Positions 52,601-64,000 of a stretch of DNA of 64,000 bases are shown here, in pieces; within the stretch, counting starts at the first letter, position 1; every line of letters begins with the position of its first letter. A program made the position numbers and the translations under genes. Origin of the DNA: Anaeramoeba ignava BMAN (Eukaryota > Protista > Anaeramoebae); NCBI GenBank assembly GCA_028826165.1, contig JAPDFW010000071.1:372001-436000 (forward strand). The letters are read 5' to 3'. The notes beneath the pieces are model-generated. The model saw only the letters and a list, made by a program, of their open reading frames with translations, was not told the origin of the DNA and did not search any database.

Positions 52601-53542
52601 ATGATATCGTTTATCTTTTTAATTATTTTTGTTTATTTCTTTCTCAAGATATTCCCAACAATTTATGCTAAATTCATAGTTAAAACACCCAATTTGAAAA
52701 AGAAATACAAAGCAGAATGGGCATTTGTAACAGGGTCATCAACAGGATTAGGGAAAGAATTAGCAATGAAACTTGCCGAACAAGGAATAAATCTAGTGAT
52801 ATTAAGCAAAACAAAAAACAAACTTGAACAAACAAAAAAGGAAATACTTGAGAAGTATCCAAAAATTGAAGTTCGAGAAATTGTGATGGATTTTGAATTG
52901 CCAGTTGAACAAATTGAAAAAGAAATTATCCCTAAAATATCAGATATTGAAATCAAAATTCTCATCAATAATGTTGGTTATATGCCAATGAGAGAATTCC
53001 ATAAACAATCATGGGAAAGTATCCAAAAACACGTTAACGCCAATGTGACAAGTCACGTCAAATTGACACATATTATTTCCCAAAAGTTGATCCAATCAAA
53101 ATCAAAAGGAGCAATTTGCTTTACGGCTTCTCTTGCTGGTTTCTATCCTTTGCCATATGCACCAATATATTCAGCAGCAAAAGCATATCTTCGTTTATTT
53201 GCATCAACACTTGCTATAGAACTTAAGCCGCATGGAATTGATATCCACATAATAAATCCTGGCCCTATAAGAGATACTGATTTTGTTAAAAGAACTGGTG
53301 CTAAAACTGATAATTTGGGTTTTAAGTTTCTTTTCTCAAAATTGATTAGTCAAGATGATAAAGCTGTTGCTAAAGTTTATTTCAATTCTATTGGTGGTCC
53401 TTTTATGGCTGTTGATTCAAGTTGGTTCGCTATTTTTGGAAGAATTTTGGAAAATCTTTTTACTTTGAATGGTTTGGTTTATTCTTATATTCTTATTAGA
53501 GTTGGGAAATTATTAAAAATGGATCAATTTCATTATGATTAA
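52601..53542 (+). CDS. Short-chain dehydrogenase/reductase (17beta-HSD12/3-ketoacyl-CoA reductase-like) 1
   Basis: N-terminal TM, TGSSTGLG, LINNVG, YSAAK. Confidence 0.92.
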   Translation: MISFIFLIIFVYFFLKIFPTIYAKFIVKTPNLKKKYKAEWAFVTGSSTGLGKELAMKLAEQGINLVILSKTKNKLEQTKKEILEKYPKIEVREIVMDFELPVEQIEKEIIPKISDIEIKILINNVGYMPMREFHKQSWESIQKHVNANVTSHVKLTHIISQKLIQSKSKGAICFTASLAGFYPLPYAPIYSAAKAYLRLFASTLAIELKPHGIDIHIINPGPIRDTDFVKRTGAKTDNLGFKFLFSKLISQDDKAVAKVYFNSIGGPFMAVDSSWFAIFGRILENLFTLNGLVYSYILIRVGKLLKMDQFHYD

Positions 53543-53840
53543 TTAATTAATTAATTTTTGGGAATTAATTTGGAATTCTTTTAAAAAGAAAAAAAGCAAA
53601 AATTTTCTTTTTCTTTTTCTTTTTCAAAATGAAACAAAACAAAATGAAACAAAACAAAATGAAACAAAACAAAACAAAACAAGTTTTTTCCCTTTTTTTT
53701 CTTAATTTTTTTTCTTAATTTTTTTTATCTAAATTTTGCTTATTTTTTTTATCTAATTGATGTTTCAAATTAAAAGCAAAAAAAAATTTTTTTTTTAATT
53801 TTTTTTTTTTCATTTTTCAGTTTTAATTCAAGTTAAAAAA

Positions 53841-54782
53841 ATGATGATGTTTATCTTTTTAATTATTTTTGTTTATTTCTTTCTCAAGATATTCCCAACA
53901 ATTTATGCTAAATTCATAGTTAAAACACCCAATTTGAAAAAGAAATACAAAGCAGAATGGGCATTTGTAACAGGGTCATCATCAGGATTAGGGAAAGAAT
54001 TAGCAATGAAATTTGCCGAACAAGGAATAAATGTAGTGATATTAAGTGAGAACGAACCAGCACTTGAAGAAGCAAAAAAGGAAATACTTGAGAAGTATCC
54101 AAAAATTGAAGTTCGAGCAATTGTGATGGATTTTGGATTGCCAGTTGAACAAATTGAAAAAGAAATTATCCCTAAAATATCAGATATTGAAATCAAAATT
54201 CTCATCAATAATGTTGGTTATATGCCAATGAGAGAATTCCATAAACAATCATGGGAAAGCATCGAAAAACACGTTAACGCTAATGTGACAAGTCACGTCA
54301 AATTGACACATATTATTTCCCAAAAGTTGATCCAATCAAAATCAAAAGGAGCAATTTGCTTTACAACTTCGATGGCGAGTTTTTTCCCGATTCCCTATTG
54401 TTCAATTTATGACGGAGCAAAAGCATATCTTCGTTTATTTGCAACAACACTTGCCATAGAACTTAAGCCGCATGGAATTGATATCCACATGGTAAATCCT
54501 GGCCCTATAAGAAATACTGATTTTTATAGACGATCTGGAGTTAAACAACAAAATCGAATTGCAAAATTTTTTTATTCGACTGTAATCAGTCAAGACTATA
54601 AAGAAGTCGCGAAAGTTTATTTCAATTCTATTGGTGGTCCTTTTATGGTTGTTGAATCAGGCTATTTCGCTATTGTTTGTAGACTTTTGGAAAATCTCCT
54701 CACTTTAAATGGTATCGTTTACATTTATGTTAAGTTGAGATTGTTGAAAAAACTTGAAATGGACCAAGCTCGTTATGATTAA
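53841..54782 (+). CDS. Short-chain dehydrogenase/reductase 2 (tandem duplicate)
   Basis: TGSSSGLG, LINNVG, YDGAK; long stretches are identical to copy 1. Confidence 0.92.
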   Translation: MMMFIFLIIFVYFFLKIFPTIYAKFIVKTPNLKKKYKAEWAFVTGSSSGLGKELAMKFAEQGINVVILSENEPALEEAKKEILEKYPKIEVRAIVMDFGLPVEQIEKEIIPKISDIEIKILINNVGYMPMREFHKQSWESIEKHVNANVTSHVKLTHIISQKLIQSKSKGAICFTTSMASFFPIPYCSIYDGAKAYLRLFATTLAIELKPHGIDIHMVNPGPIRNTDFYRRSGVKQQNRIAKFFYSTVISQDYKEVAKVYFNSIGGPFMVVESGYFAIVCRLLENLLTLNGIVYIYVKLRLLKKLEMDQARYD

Positions 54783-55029
54783 TTAACTAATCAATCTATT
54801 TCCAATGATTTTCCATTTCTTGGAAAAGATAAATAATAAGAAAGATTATTTTTTCATTTCTTTGAATTTGCTTGCTTCTTTAAGAAATAAAAACAAAAAC
54901 AAGTTTTAAATTAATTTTTTATTGAAATTATTTGGATTTATTTTTGATTTAAATTTAAAATTTCTTTTTGGTTCTTTCTCTTATTTTTTTTATGAGGAAG
55001 ATAAATTTCTTTTGAGAAATTGTCAAAAG

Positions 55030-55440
55030 AATTTTGATTTTGATTTTGAATTTTGATTTAAATTTGAATTTGATTTTGATTTTGATTTTGATTTTGATTT
55101 GAAATTTTGAATTTGATTTTGAATTTGATTTTGATTTTGATTTTGAATTTGATTTTGATTTTGATTTTGATTTTGATTTTGATTTTGATTTTGATTTTGA
55201 TTTTGAATTTGATTTTGAATTTGATTTTAAATTTTGAATTTGAATTTGATTTTGATTTTGATTTTGATTTTGATTTTGAATTTGATTTTAAATTTTGAAT
55301 TTGATTTTGATTTTGAATTTGATTTTGATTTTGATTTTGATTTTGATTTTGATTTTGATTTTCAATTTGATTTTGATTTTGATTTTGATTTTGATTTTGA
55401 TTTTGATTTTGATTTTGTTTTGATTTTGAATTTCATTTGA
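55030..55440. repeat. (GATTTT/GAATTT)n microsatellite overlapping the TRM11 3' end
   Basis: Visible; encodes the KSKSKS tail of the ORF. Confidence 0.88.
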
Positions 55441-56810
55441 TTTTGATTTAGATTTTCAATATCATTAATCAATTTGTAATGTTTTGAATTATTTGGATCA
55501 AAATCCAAAACTTTTTTCATTGTAATTAATCTACGAACCAAATTTGAAGTAATATTCTGATGAGAATAAGCAAGAATTTCAAAACAAAAATGACGAGGAA
55601 GATCTTTATAAGAAAAATGACTAGTTGTTGGTAACCAAAAAACAAGTCTACCATTTATTTTAAGATGTTGAGCTGAAAATATGATGAGGAAACGAATCAA
55701 ACTTGGGATGCTAATCTGTTGTTTAGCAGGGAAGTAGTTGGAAGATCTAACGGTGGGTTCTTGATCAGAAAGATTTTTTTTATTTTCACTTAATTGTTTA
55801 GATCCTTCACGAAGTCCATAAGGAGGATCACAAACAATAGCATCAAATTCGATCTGTTTTCTCCAGCAATTATGAGTAAAATCAACTAACGAAATATCCA
55901 AAAAACGATCCAGCATTTTATATTGATCAAATGTGTTTTTAATGTTTGGAATTTGATCGGCTGATAATTTTTGTGTATATTTATTATTTTTTAAATTAAT
56001 TTTTTGACGTTTAACATTTTTGGATCGACTGTTTATCATTGCATGTAAAATCTTGTAATTTATATCAGAACCCATAACATAGCTTCCGAAATGACTACAT
56101 GAGATCAATATGCTTGCGGTACCACAGAAGGGATCATATATTAATGTTCCTGGTTTTGCAAGAGCTTGATTAGCAACAAGAAAACTCAATTGAGGTGCCA
56201 TTGTTGTATTTCCGATATATAATCTCTCCGTGAGTGAATAAGAGGCTTTAAGTTCACCTTGTCCCATGGAAATTTGTCTTCCGAAATACACATGCTTGAT
56301 TGATCTTGCAGAGGTATTGTTTGGTTGTTCAGGATCAAAAAAATCATTGATCAAAACAAAGTTAACTTCTGCATTTTTTAATGAGACTGTTTTGTGATTG
56401 GCTTCAAAAGGAATAAATGAAAGCTTGCGAATTGTTTCCACAGTGTGTTTTTGTGTAAGTTTTTTCCCGGAGTTGATGACATCAATGCGATAGGAATTGA
56501 AATTTGACATCATTTCAGAAATTTCATTTTCAGATTTTTTTTGAAGATCTTCAACAAGTGTTTCAAATGTTTCTGAATCACTAAATATTTTATAAATGGC
56601 CCTAATTAAAATGGCTCGTGAACATATTTTTATTGCTGATTCTTCGTCTGGAAGATTAATCCAAAGCAATGGTGTTTGAATTCCTTGGTTAATTAATTTT
56701 TCTTTATTTTCAATTTGAAAATTAATATCAAACATTTCACAACAAGATATTAATTCGGGAATTACAAATGGTTGCATTTCCCAACGAAATAAGATTAAAA
56801 ACTTATTCAT
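55362..56810 (-). CDS. TRM11: tRNA (guanine-10-N2)-methyltransferase TRM11
   Basis: YIGNTTM, YDPFCGTAS, GSDIN, FDAIVCDPPYGLRE, GRLVFWLP, RRLITM. Confidence 0.92.
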   Translation of the reverse strand: MNKFLILFRWEMQPFVIPELISCCEMFDINFQIENKEKLINQGIQTPLLWINLPDEESAIKICSRAILIRAIYKIFSDSETFETLVEDLQKKSENEISEMMSNFNSYRIDVINSGKKLTQKHTVETIRKLSFIPFEANHKTVSLKNAEVNFVLINDFFDPEQPNNTSARSIKHVYFGRQISMGQGELKASYSLTERLYIGNTTMAPQLSFLVANQALAKPGTLIYDPFCGTASILISCSHFGSYVMGSDINYKILHAMINSRSKNVKRQKINLKNNKYTQKLSADQIPNIKNTFDQYKMLDRFLDISLVDFTHNCWRKQIEFDAIVCDPPYGLREGSKQLSENKKNLSDQEPTVRSSNYFPAKQQISIPSLIRFLIIFSAQHLKINGRLVFWLPTTSHFSYKDLPRHFCFEILAYSHQNITSNLVRRLITMKKVLDFDPNNSKHYKLINDIENLNQNQMKFKIKTKSKSKSKSKSKSKSKSN

Positions 56811-56879
56811 TATAAGATTTTTTTTTGAGAAGAAGAGAAAAATAAAAGAAGAAAATGAAAATGAAAATAAAAAATTTAA

Positions 56880-58140
56880 AAAATTTAAATATAATATAAT
56901 TAATCAAATATTTAAAAAATTAAATAAAATATTTAAATTAAAAATATAATTAAATCAAAATATTAAATCAAATATTTAAATATAATTTATTAAATATTAA
57001 AAAATCAAATATTTAAATATAATTTATTAAAATTAAATAAAATATTTAAATATAATTTTTATTAAAAAATTATCAAAATATTATAAATTAATATTAAATC
57101 AAATATTTAAATATAAATTTTACGGTATTTAAAAATTAATTAATTAAATCAAATATTTAAAATATAATTTATTAATATTAAATCAAATATTTAAATATAA
57201 TTATTTCAAAAAATTAAATAAAATATAATTTATTTAAATATAATTAATTAATAAATAAAATATTTAAATATAATTTATTAAATCAAATATTTAAATATAA
57301 TTTATTAATATTATAAATAAATATTTAAATTAAATTAATATTAATATTAATATTAAAATCAAATATTTAAATAAATATTTTTTTAAATATAATTTATTAA
57401 TATTAAATCAAATATTTAAATATAATTTAAATATTAAATCAAAATTTAAATATAATTTAAATATTTAATTAATATTAAATTTAATTATTAAATTAAATCA
57501 AATATTTAAATTAAATATTAAATATAATTTAAATCAAAATTTAAATAATTTATTAATATTAAATCAAATATTTAAATATAAATCAAAATAAATATAAATA
57601 ATATTTCAAATATTTAAATATAAAATTAATATTAAATATTTAAATATAAATTTTAAATCAAATATTTAAATTAAAATTAAATATTTAAATATAATTTCAA
57701 AATATTTAAAATATAATTTTTAAAATTCAAAATTTAAAATATTTAAATATAATTTTTATTAATATTAAATCAAATATTTAAATATAATTAATATTAAATC
57801 AAAAAATTAAATCAAATATTTATAATTTATTAATTAAATCAAATATTTAAAATATTAAATCAAATATTTAAAATAATTAATTAATTAAATCAAATATTTA
57901 AATATAATTTATTAATATTAAATTAAAATATTTTTATTAAAATATAAAATTAAATATTAATATTAAATATAAATATTCAAATATTTAAATATAATTAATT
58001 AATATTAAATCAAATATTTAAATATAATTAATTAATATTAAATCAAATATTTAAATATAATTTATTAATATTAAATCAAATATTTAAATATAATTTATTA
58101 ATATTAAATCAAATATTTAAATATAATTAATTAATATTAA
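56880..58140. repeat. Degenerate AT-only satellite (ATTAAATCAAATATTTAAATATAAT-like)
   Basis: Visible low-complexity tandem array between divergent genes. Confidence 0.85.
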
Positions 58141-58606
58141 ATTAAAAAAATTTGTGGAAAAACAAATTTCTTGGTTAAATTGCTTTTTTTTTGCTTATTT
58201 GTCAGATTTTCGCAATAAAAAAAAATGAGGAAAAATTAAATTTTTAAAGGAATTTACAAAGAGAGTTGAGAAATTTTAATTTGGATTGAATAATTTAATT
58301 TTTCTGTTTTTGTTTTTGTTTTAAATTAGAAAGAAAAATATTTTGATCAAATAAAAACAAAAAATAAAAATTGTTTTAATAATTATTTAATAAGAAAAAA
58401 GGGGTAAAAATAGATTTAAATTTTAAGTTAAATTGATCATTTTAAAAAAATTTAAAATAAAAATAAAAAAAGAGTTTTTGTTTATTTTTTGATCAAAAGA
58501 AAAGAAAAAAAAATTCAATAAAGATTATAAAAAGAAAAGAACCATTAATCATTTTTCATTTTTCAATTTTCAATTTAATATTTTTTTATTAATTTTTTTT
58601 TTTGAA

Positions 58607-59551
58607 ATGATATCAACAATAATAACAATTGCAATAATAATTTATTTCTTTTTAAAAGCAATTCCATTAATATACACAAAATACATGGTAAATTCACAAA
58701 ACTTGAAAAGAAAATACAACACAGAATGGGTATTTATAACAGGAGGATCATCAGGATTAGGAAAAGAATTAGCAATGAAATTTGCCGAACAAGGAATGAA
58801 CCTAGTAATTTTAAGCAGAACAAAAAGCAAACTTGAGCAGGCAAAAAATCAAATTTTGGATCGATTTCCAAATATCGAAATTCGAATAATTGCAATGGAT
58901 TTTGGATTGCCAGTTGAACAAATTGAAGAGCAACTTATCCCCCAAATTTCGGATATTGATGTCAAAATTCTCATCAATAATATCGGTTATATGCTGATAA
59001 GAGAGTTCCAGAAAAGAAAATGGGAAAACATACAGAGTCACATCAACGCGCATATAACAAGCGCAATTAAATTGTCTCAAATCATTGCGCAAAAGTTGAT
59101 CCAGTCAAATTCAAAAGGTGCAATTTGCTTTACTTCTTCAATGGGATGTTTTTATCCGATTCCTTATATCCCAATCTACTCAGGAGCCAAGGCTTATCTC
59201 CAATCTTTCGCATCAACACTTGCCATTGAGCTCAAGCCGTTTGGAATTGATGTGCATGTTGTAATACCTGGTCCGATTCCTGATACAGATTTTTATGACA
59301 GGACTGGTTTGGAAAGAAATAATCCGTTTTTCGAAAATCCAATGTCAAAATTTATTAATCAAAATGCAAAATCTGTTGCCAAAATTTACTTGAAAACTAT
59401 CGGTAGTCCGTTTGTTGTTGTTGATACAAGTTTATTTGTTATTTTCAGTCGCATTTTGGAAAATTTTTTAAGCGCGAATGGTTTGGTTTGGATTGCTTTA
59501 AAATCAAAAACTGCTCAATCTTTTCAAATTGAAAAAGTTCGTTATGATTAA
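58607..59551 (+). CDS. Short-chain dehydrogenase/reductase 3
   Basis: TGGSSGLG, SRTKSKL, LINNIG, YSGAK; paralogue of SDR1/2. Confidence 0.92.
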   Translation: MISTIITIAIIIYFFLKAIPLIYTKYMVNSQNLKRKYNTEWVFITGGSSGLGKELAMKFAEQGMNLVILSRTKSKLEQAKNQILDRFPNIEIRIIAMDFGLPVEQIEEQLIPQISDIDVKILINNIGYMLIREFQKRKWENIQSHINAHITSAIKLSQIIAQKLIQSNSKGAICFTSSMGCFYPIPYIPIYSGAKAYLQSFASTLAIELKPFGIDVHVVIPGPIPDTDFYDRTGLERNNPFFENPMSKFINQNAKSVAKIYLKTIGSPFVVVDTSLFVIFSRILENFLSANGLVWIALKSKTAQSFQIEKVRYD

Positions 59552-59683
59552 AAGGAAAAAAAAAAAAAAAAGTGGAACAAAAAAAAATTTGTTTTGAAAA
59601 AAAAAAAAAATTTTTTTTTCAATAAAATTAAATTAAAAATTAATAAGTTGAATAAATTTTTATTAAATAAAGAAAAAAACAAA

Positions 59684-61193
59684 TTAAGATGTGATAAAAC
59701 AAGAAACAGCTCCTCCAATTACACATAATAAATAAACTTCAATAAAAGGATAATAAATATGATGAATGGAAATGCTTTCCAAATAAAGAATCAAAAAAAG
59801 AAAAAAAATGGAAGCAAAAAAAGTGACAGCTAAACCGATAGAAGGAAAACCCAAAAAACAAGAAGAAACAAAAAAAATAAGAAGATAAGCTAAAAGGGGA
59901 GTAAAAACCAGACCATAATTCCAATGTATTTTGCCATCAATCCGCAATCCCAAAAAAATGAAGAAAATAATAAGATCAATAGCGAAAGAAACTGGAGCAA
60001 CAGCATCTGCAGAATCACCTTTTCCATAAATAGCATCATAAATAAAAAAAGAAGGAACAAAAACAAAAAGAACAAAAAACGGAATAAAAATAGCGCACCA
60101 AGAACACTTAATAAAATCATCAACTCGCAAACCGATCAGGATAATTTGTATGAAAAAAAGAAGCACAATTCCAAAAAAGAAAACGGTTTCATCAATGCAA
60201 TAATGTCGAACAACAATACGATAATACAAGGATAAACCGATAAGAAAAGTTAAAAAAAATAAAGGAATCAAAACAGATAAATTCATTATGGATAGTTTCG
60301 TATTCATTCCTCCTTCGATCCGAACTGTAAGCAAAATGCTGTATATGAGACATGCGACTGAAAAAATAAACCCAATAATATTCAAATGATTCAAAAGGAT
60401 ATTTTCAACTTTTTCTCTTGATTCTTCTTTTTTCTTGTTTTTTTGTTTTCTTTCCTCTTTGATTTTCCGTTCTTTAAATGTTTTATCAATTTTTCTTCCT
60501 TTTGCAAGCATTTCTTCTTTTGGATTTTCTAAAGAGTTGATGTAATCAATTCTTTGCTTTTTTGTTGATGCTAAAATTGGTTTTCTTACGCCAGAATAGC
60601 TTGAATTCTGGTCTTGAACTGACGAGTTATCAATTTTATTGTTATGGAAATATTTCTTCATTCTTTTCTCTCTTGATTTATCCATTGATTTAAAATGTTT
60701 TTTGCTTAAATTTGGGAATTTTGGATCTTGTTTTTGGATTGAAATCAACTCCATTTCTTGTTCAATTAATGTTTGAAATCCAATAATTTTTTGATCTGTA
60801 ATTCTTGTATTTGGTTCAAAATAATCAAATATGAAAAATTGTTGATAAGATTTTGCAATTCTTCTCCATGTTTCTTGATCATTAAAAATTTCTTGGAAAT
60901 AACAACAAGTTAAACCCAATCTAACAAAATCACCAGGAGCTAAATATTCACAAATTGTCATTAAAACTATTTTGAATTTATAATAAAATAATAAAATAAA
61001 ATTATTTCTTATTCTTATTCTTATTCTTATTTTTACTTTCTGGTGGTAATAAATCAATTATTAAATTTTGGATTTGAGGTTTTTCAGTTAATTTTTCAGT
61101 TGTTTCCATAAAATTTCCTCTTTGTAAAATATTTAAATGAATTGAAGAAATTTGACAAACTCCTTTTGATTTATAAATTAAAATTGAAAACAT
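59684..61193 (-). CDS. F-box protein with multi-pass transmembrane C-terminus, paralogue 2
   Basis: Exon 61037-61193, 70-nt intron 60967-61036, exon to 59684. LLPPEILMTICEYL F-box; highly similar to paralogue 1. Confidence 0.82.
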
Positions 61194-61593
61194 TTTTTTA
61201 CAAATAAAAATTAAAAAAGAAAAATGATTTTTTTATTTTGATTTTTTTTATAAAATTTTACTTTTGAAAAAGAAAAGAAAAAAACAATGGAAGAAAAGAA
61301 AAGAAAAAAGAAAGAAAAAAGAAGAAAAAAGAAGAAAAAAGAAATGACACAAAAAAGAGAAACAATTTTTCTCTTTTTTTTTGTTCTTTCTGTATTATTT
61401 CTTTTTCTTGTAAAAAAGTTGTTTGTGGAGAATTCTGAAAAGAATGAATTAAAAATTTAAAAGAATAAAAGGAAAAGAAGAAGGAATTGAAGAAGTTGAA
61501 GTTGAAGTTGAAGTTGAAAAAATTAAAAACAAAAGAAGAACAAAAGAAAAAGGGAAAAACGATAAAAGTGAATTCTATATAGAAAGAAAGTGA

Positions 61594-64000
61594 TTATTGA
61601 CCATCAAAAAGAAATTGTGCAAGTGATAAAAGATCTTGATGTTCTTGAATGATTTTGGAATCAGAAAATATTTCTTTTGCTGTATTTATTTGTTTTTCAG
61701 TTAATAAAGAATCAATTGTGACTGGAATAAATTTAGCACAATAAACAATAGTAAGAAATGAACTTCGGAAAATGATTGGATTTGTTGAAAATCGAATAGC
61801 TGAATTAAAGAGGGAAGTAATAGCTTGATTACGAATAAGAATTCGATAATCAGGATCTGTTTTTTTTTTTATAAATAAAATTAATTAATTTTTTTGTTAA
61901 TTTAAAAAAAAAAAAATTTGTAAAATTTACTTTGATTTTCTTTTGAGAAATATTCCAAAATTGAACAAGATTTTTCTTGAATTCCTTCATAATTGGGATA
62001 TTCTTGAAGAGTATTAAGAGTACTTTTCAAAATATCCAAACAAATTGTTTCATTTGGATCTTTTTGTTTTTTTTTTAAAATAAAAATTAAAAATTAGAAA
62101 TAAATTTTTTTAAATGAAAATAAAAGAATTAATTTACTTGTTTTTTTCAAAACATAAAATTCAAGAATAAAACTTGAAATGTCTTGAATCAAAGGATCTG
62201 AGAATTTTTTCATTGTTGAAAGAACTGAAATAATTGTTGGAACATCTAATAATCAAAAAAAAAATGAAAATGTTTTGTTAATTTTTTATAATTATTTTTT
62301 CAATTTGTTTTTTTTTTACCTAAATAATTAGCAACATTAGAAATCATTTTGCAACAATTAATTTGAATTCTTAAATCTGTTTCTGGTTGAGTATATCTAT
62401 CCATTAAATCACGAATCCAACCAAGAACATTTCTTGAAATGAATATTTTTTTATTTTCTAAAATGAAAAAAATTAAAATTAAAATTAAAATTTAAATTAA
62501 AATTAAAATTAAAAAATTTACCTTCATTTTGATAAGATAAATTAACTAATAGAATTAACAATTTTGTTTGAATAGCTAAATTTGATTGAAATGCTATATT
62601 ATCTTTCAAAGTAAAAATAATGTCAACTCCAAGTTCTCGGATTTTTGTTTGATTTTCTAATTAAAATGAAAAAAATAAAAATAAAAATAAAAATAAAAAT
62701 AAAAATAAAAATAAAAATAAAAATACCTTTTGCAACAGATAAATTAGCAAGTGCTAAAATGCATTTGTTTTGAATTTGTGGATCATTGGGGTGTTTTTGC
62801 ATTAATGCTAAAAATTGTTCAATTCCATTTGAATCTGCAATGATTTTTTTGTTGACTATTTTTTATTTGTGTTATTATTGATAATTTTGTTAATTAAAGA
62901 AAAATAATAAAAAAAAAAATGAAAAAAATTACAAGGATGAACTGATAAATTCACTAAGAATAAACAAGACATGCATTCAAGATCATAATTATTACAAGTA
63001 CTCATTAAATCCAATACTTTTGTTAATCCAGATAAAGAAGCAATTTTCTGTTGAATTTCTGTTTTTGTATTTTAAAAAAAAAAATTAAAATTAATAAATT
63101 GATTTTAATTGAAATTTGAAAAAAAAAAATATTATTTACGATTTTCATTATAAGCTAAATTGGCAAGAAATAATAAACAATAATTTAAAATATTGTTTTC
63201 ACTTCTAAATGTATCAATTGCATTGACAGCAAACTCAATAAGATTTGAATTAACAATTTGGGATTTTGAATCTATTTTGGAAAAATTTTAAATTTAATTT
63301 TAATTTTAATTAATTTTTAATTAATTTTTAAATTTTAATTTACTTTTATTAACTGCGATATTGGATAAAAGAAGAAAAGCTTTTTCTTGAATAATTAAAT
63401 CAGAAGAATTTTTCATAATGTTTTCAATTAATGAAACATGTTGAGAAATTTCTTGTTGATTTCCTAATTTGATTTTTTAAATGAAAAAAAAAAAGTAAAT
63501 AAAATTTTGTTTTTCGATTTTTTGTTTTTGTTTACTTGTATTATTATAAGCTAAATTAGCTAAAGCAACAAAAGATTTTTGAACAATTAAAGCTTCAGTT
63601 TGAAATTTAGTTAATGAAGAGATGATTAATGGAATTCCTTTAAGAAAAGTAATTCGATTTTGATTTGCTAAAAAAAAAAAGAAAAAAATTTTTTTTTGTG
63701 TGAATTTTGTAAAGAAATATTTTAAAAAAAAATAATAGAAAATTACAAGTTGAAATGGAAAGATTCACAAGAGCTGTTGTTCCATTGAGATGAATATTTT
63801 TACTTTCAGGATATTGTTTCATTATTGAAATGACTTGATTGACAGGTTCTCCAGACATTATTTCTTGATTTTCAGAATTTTGAAAAGAAAAATTTGCAAA
63901 AGCAAGACAGCAATTATTTTGGATTGTTTCATTATTAGTAAATCTTTGAAGAACGGAAATGATATAATCAATTCCATGATAAGTAGTTGTAATTTTTGTT
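61594..64000 (-). CDS. Armadillo-repeat protein (3' part; 5' end off window)
   Basis: Exons 63747-64000+, 63536-63667, 63344-63463, 63140-63271, 62933-63058, 62727-62855, 62522-62656, 62320-62457, 62138-62245, 61931-62059, 61594-61856. Most end in an ARM helix-3 motif (ALANLA, LLSNIA, FLVNLS). Confidence 0.85.

Noticed and set aside
4181-55440. Many ORF-track entries such as ILILIL, FDFDFD, LIYFLIYK, FEFEFE and antisense ORFs over real genes
   Set aside because: They are translations of microsatellites or shadows of low-complexity coding sequence on the opposite strand.
1-64000. Alternative genetic code, U12 (AT-AC) introns, tRNA/rRNA genes, transposases or inteins
   Set aside because: TAA, TAG and TGA all terminate genes, and apparent in-frame stops are explained by introns or indels. 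All reconstructed introns are GT-AG except one GC-AG. No such RNA genes or mobile-element ORFs were recognised by eye.

Overview
Very AT-rich, gene-dense, intron-containing eukaryotic (protist) DNA using the standard genetic code. The gene content and style (ANK/BTB proteins, TCA-type initiator-like motif) would fit an anaerobic metamonad such as Anaeramoeba, but this cannot be confirmed from the window. About 26 protein-coding genes can be reconstructed by hand: an ankyrin gene, a MoCF/CinA-like protein, an SNM1-like protein, CWC21, CDT1, an SH3 repeat protein, FCF1, ANK-BTB, USP4/15-like, an MFS transporter, an HMG-box protein, a RING-H2 ligase, an RRM protein, GATAD1-like, a truncated BTB gene, BAP31, WDR82, CLP1, an HExxH protein, two F-box-transmembrane paralogues, three SDRs, TRM11 and an ARM-repeat gene. 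Many AT-rich micro- and minisatellites lie in introns and spacers. The main finding is in two separate ankyrin-repeat genes (1-1460, minus; 16748-18808, plus). At every repeat junction, two 3-nt single-codon microexons are each flanked by canonical phase-0 GT-AG introns (15 microexons seen). They encode exactly the two variable beta-hairpin tip residues (D/N-x-x-G-x-TPL) on the ankyrin binding surface. Other points: an ARM gene with one symmetric exon per repeat, A-rich strand-oriented intron satellites without polypyrimidine tracts, a pseudo-nuclease SNM1, a ~162-bp satellite fused to a truncated BTB gene, membrane F-box proteins, and a possible cofactor switch among SDR paralogues. Several single-base frameshifts in homopolymers are probably assembly errors.
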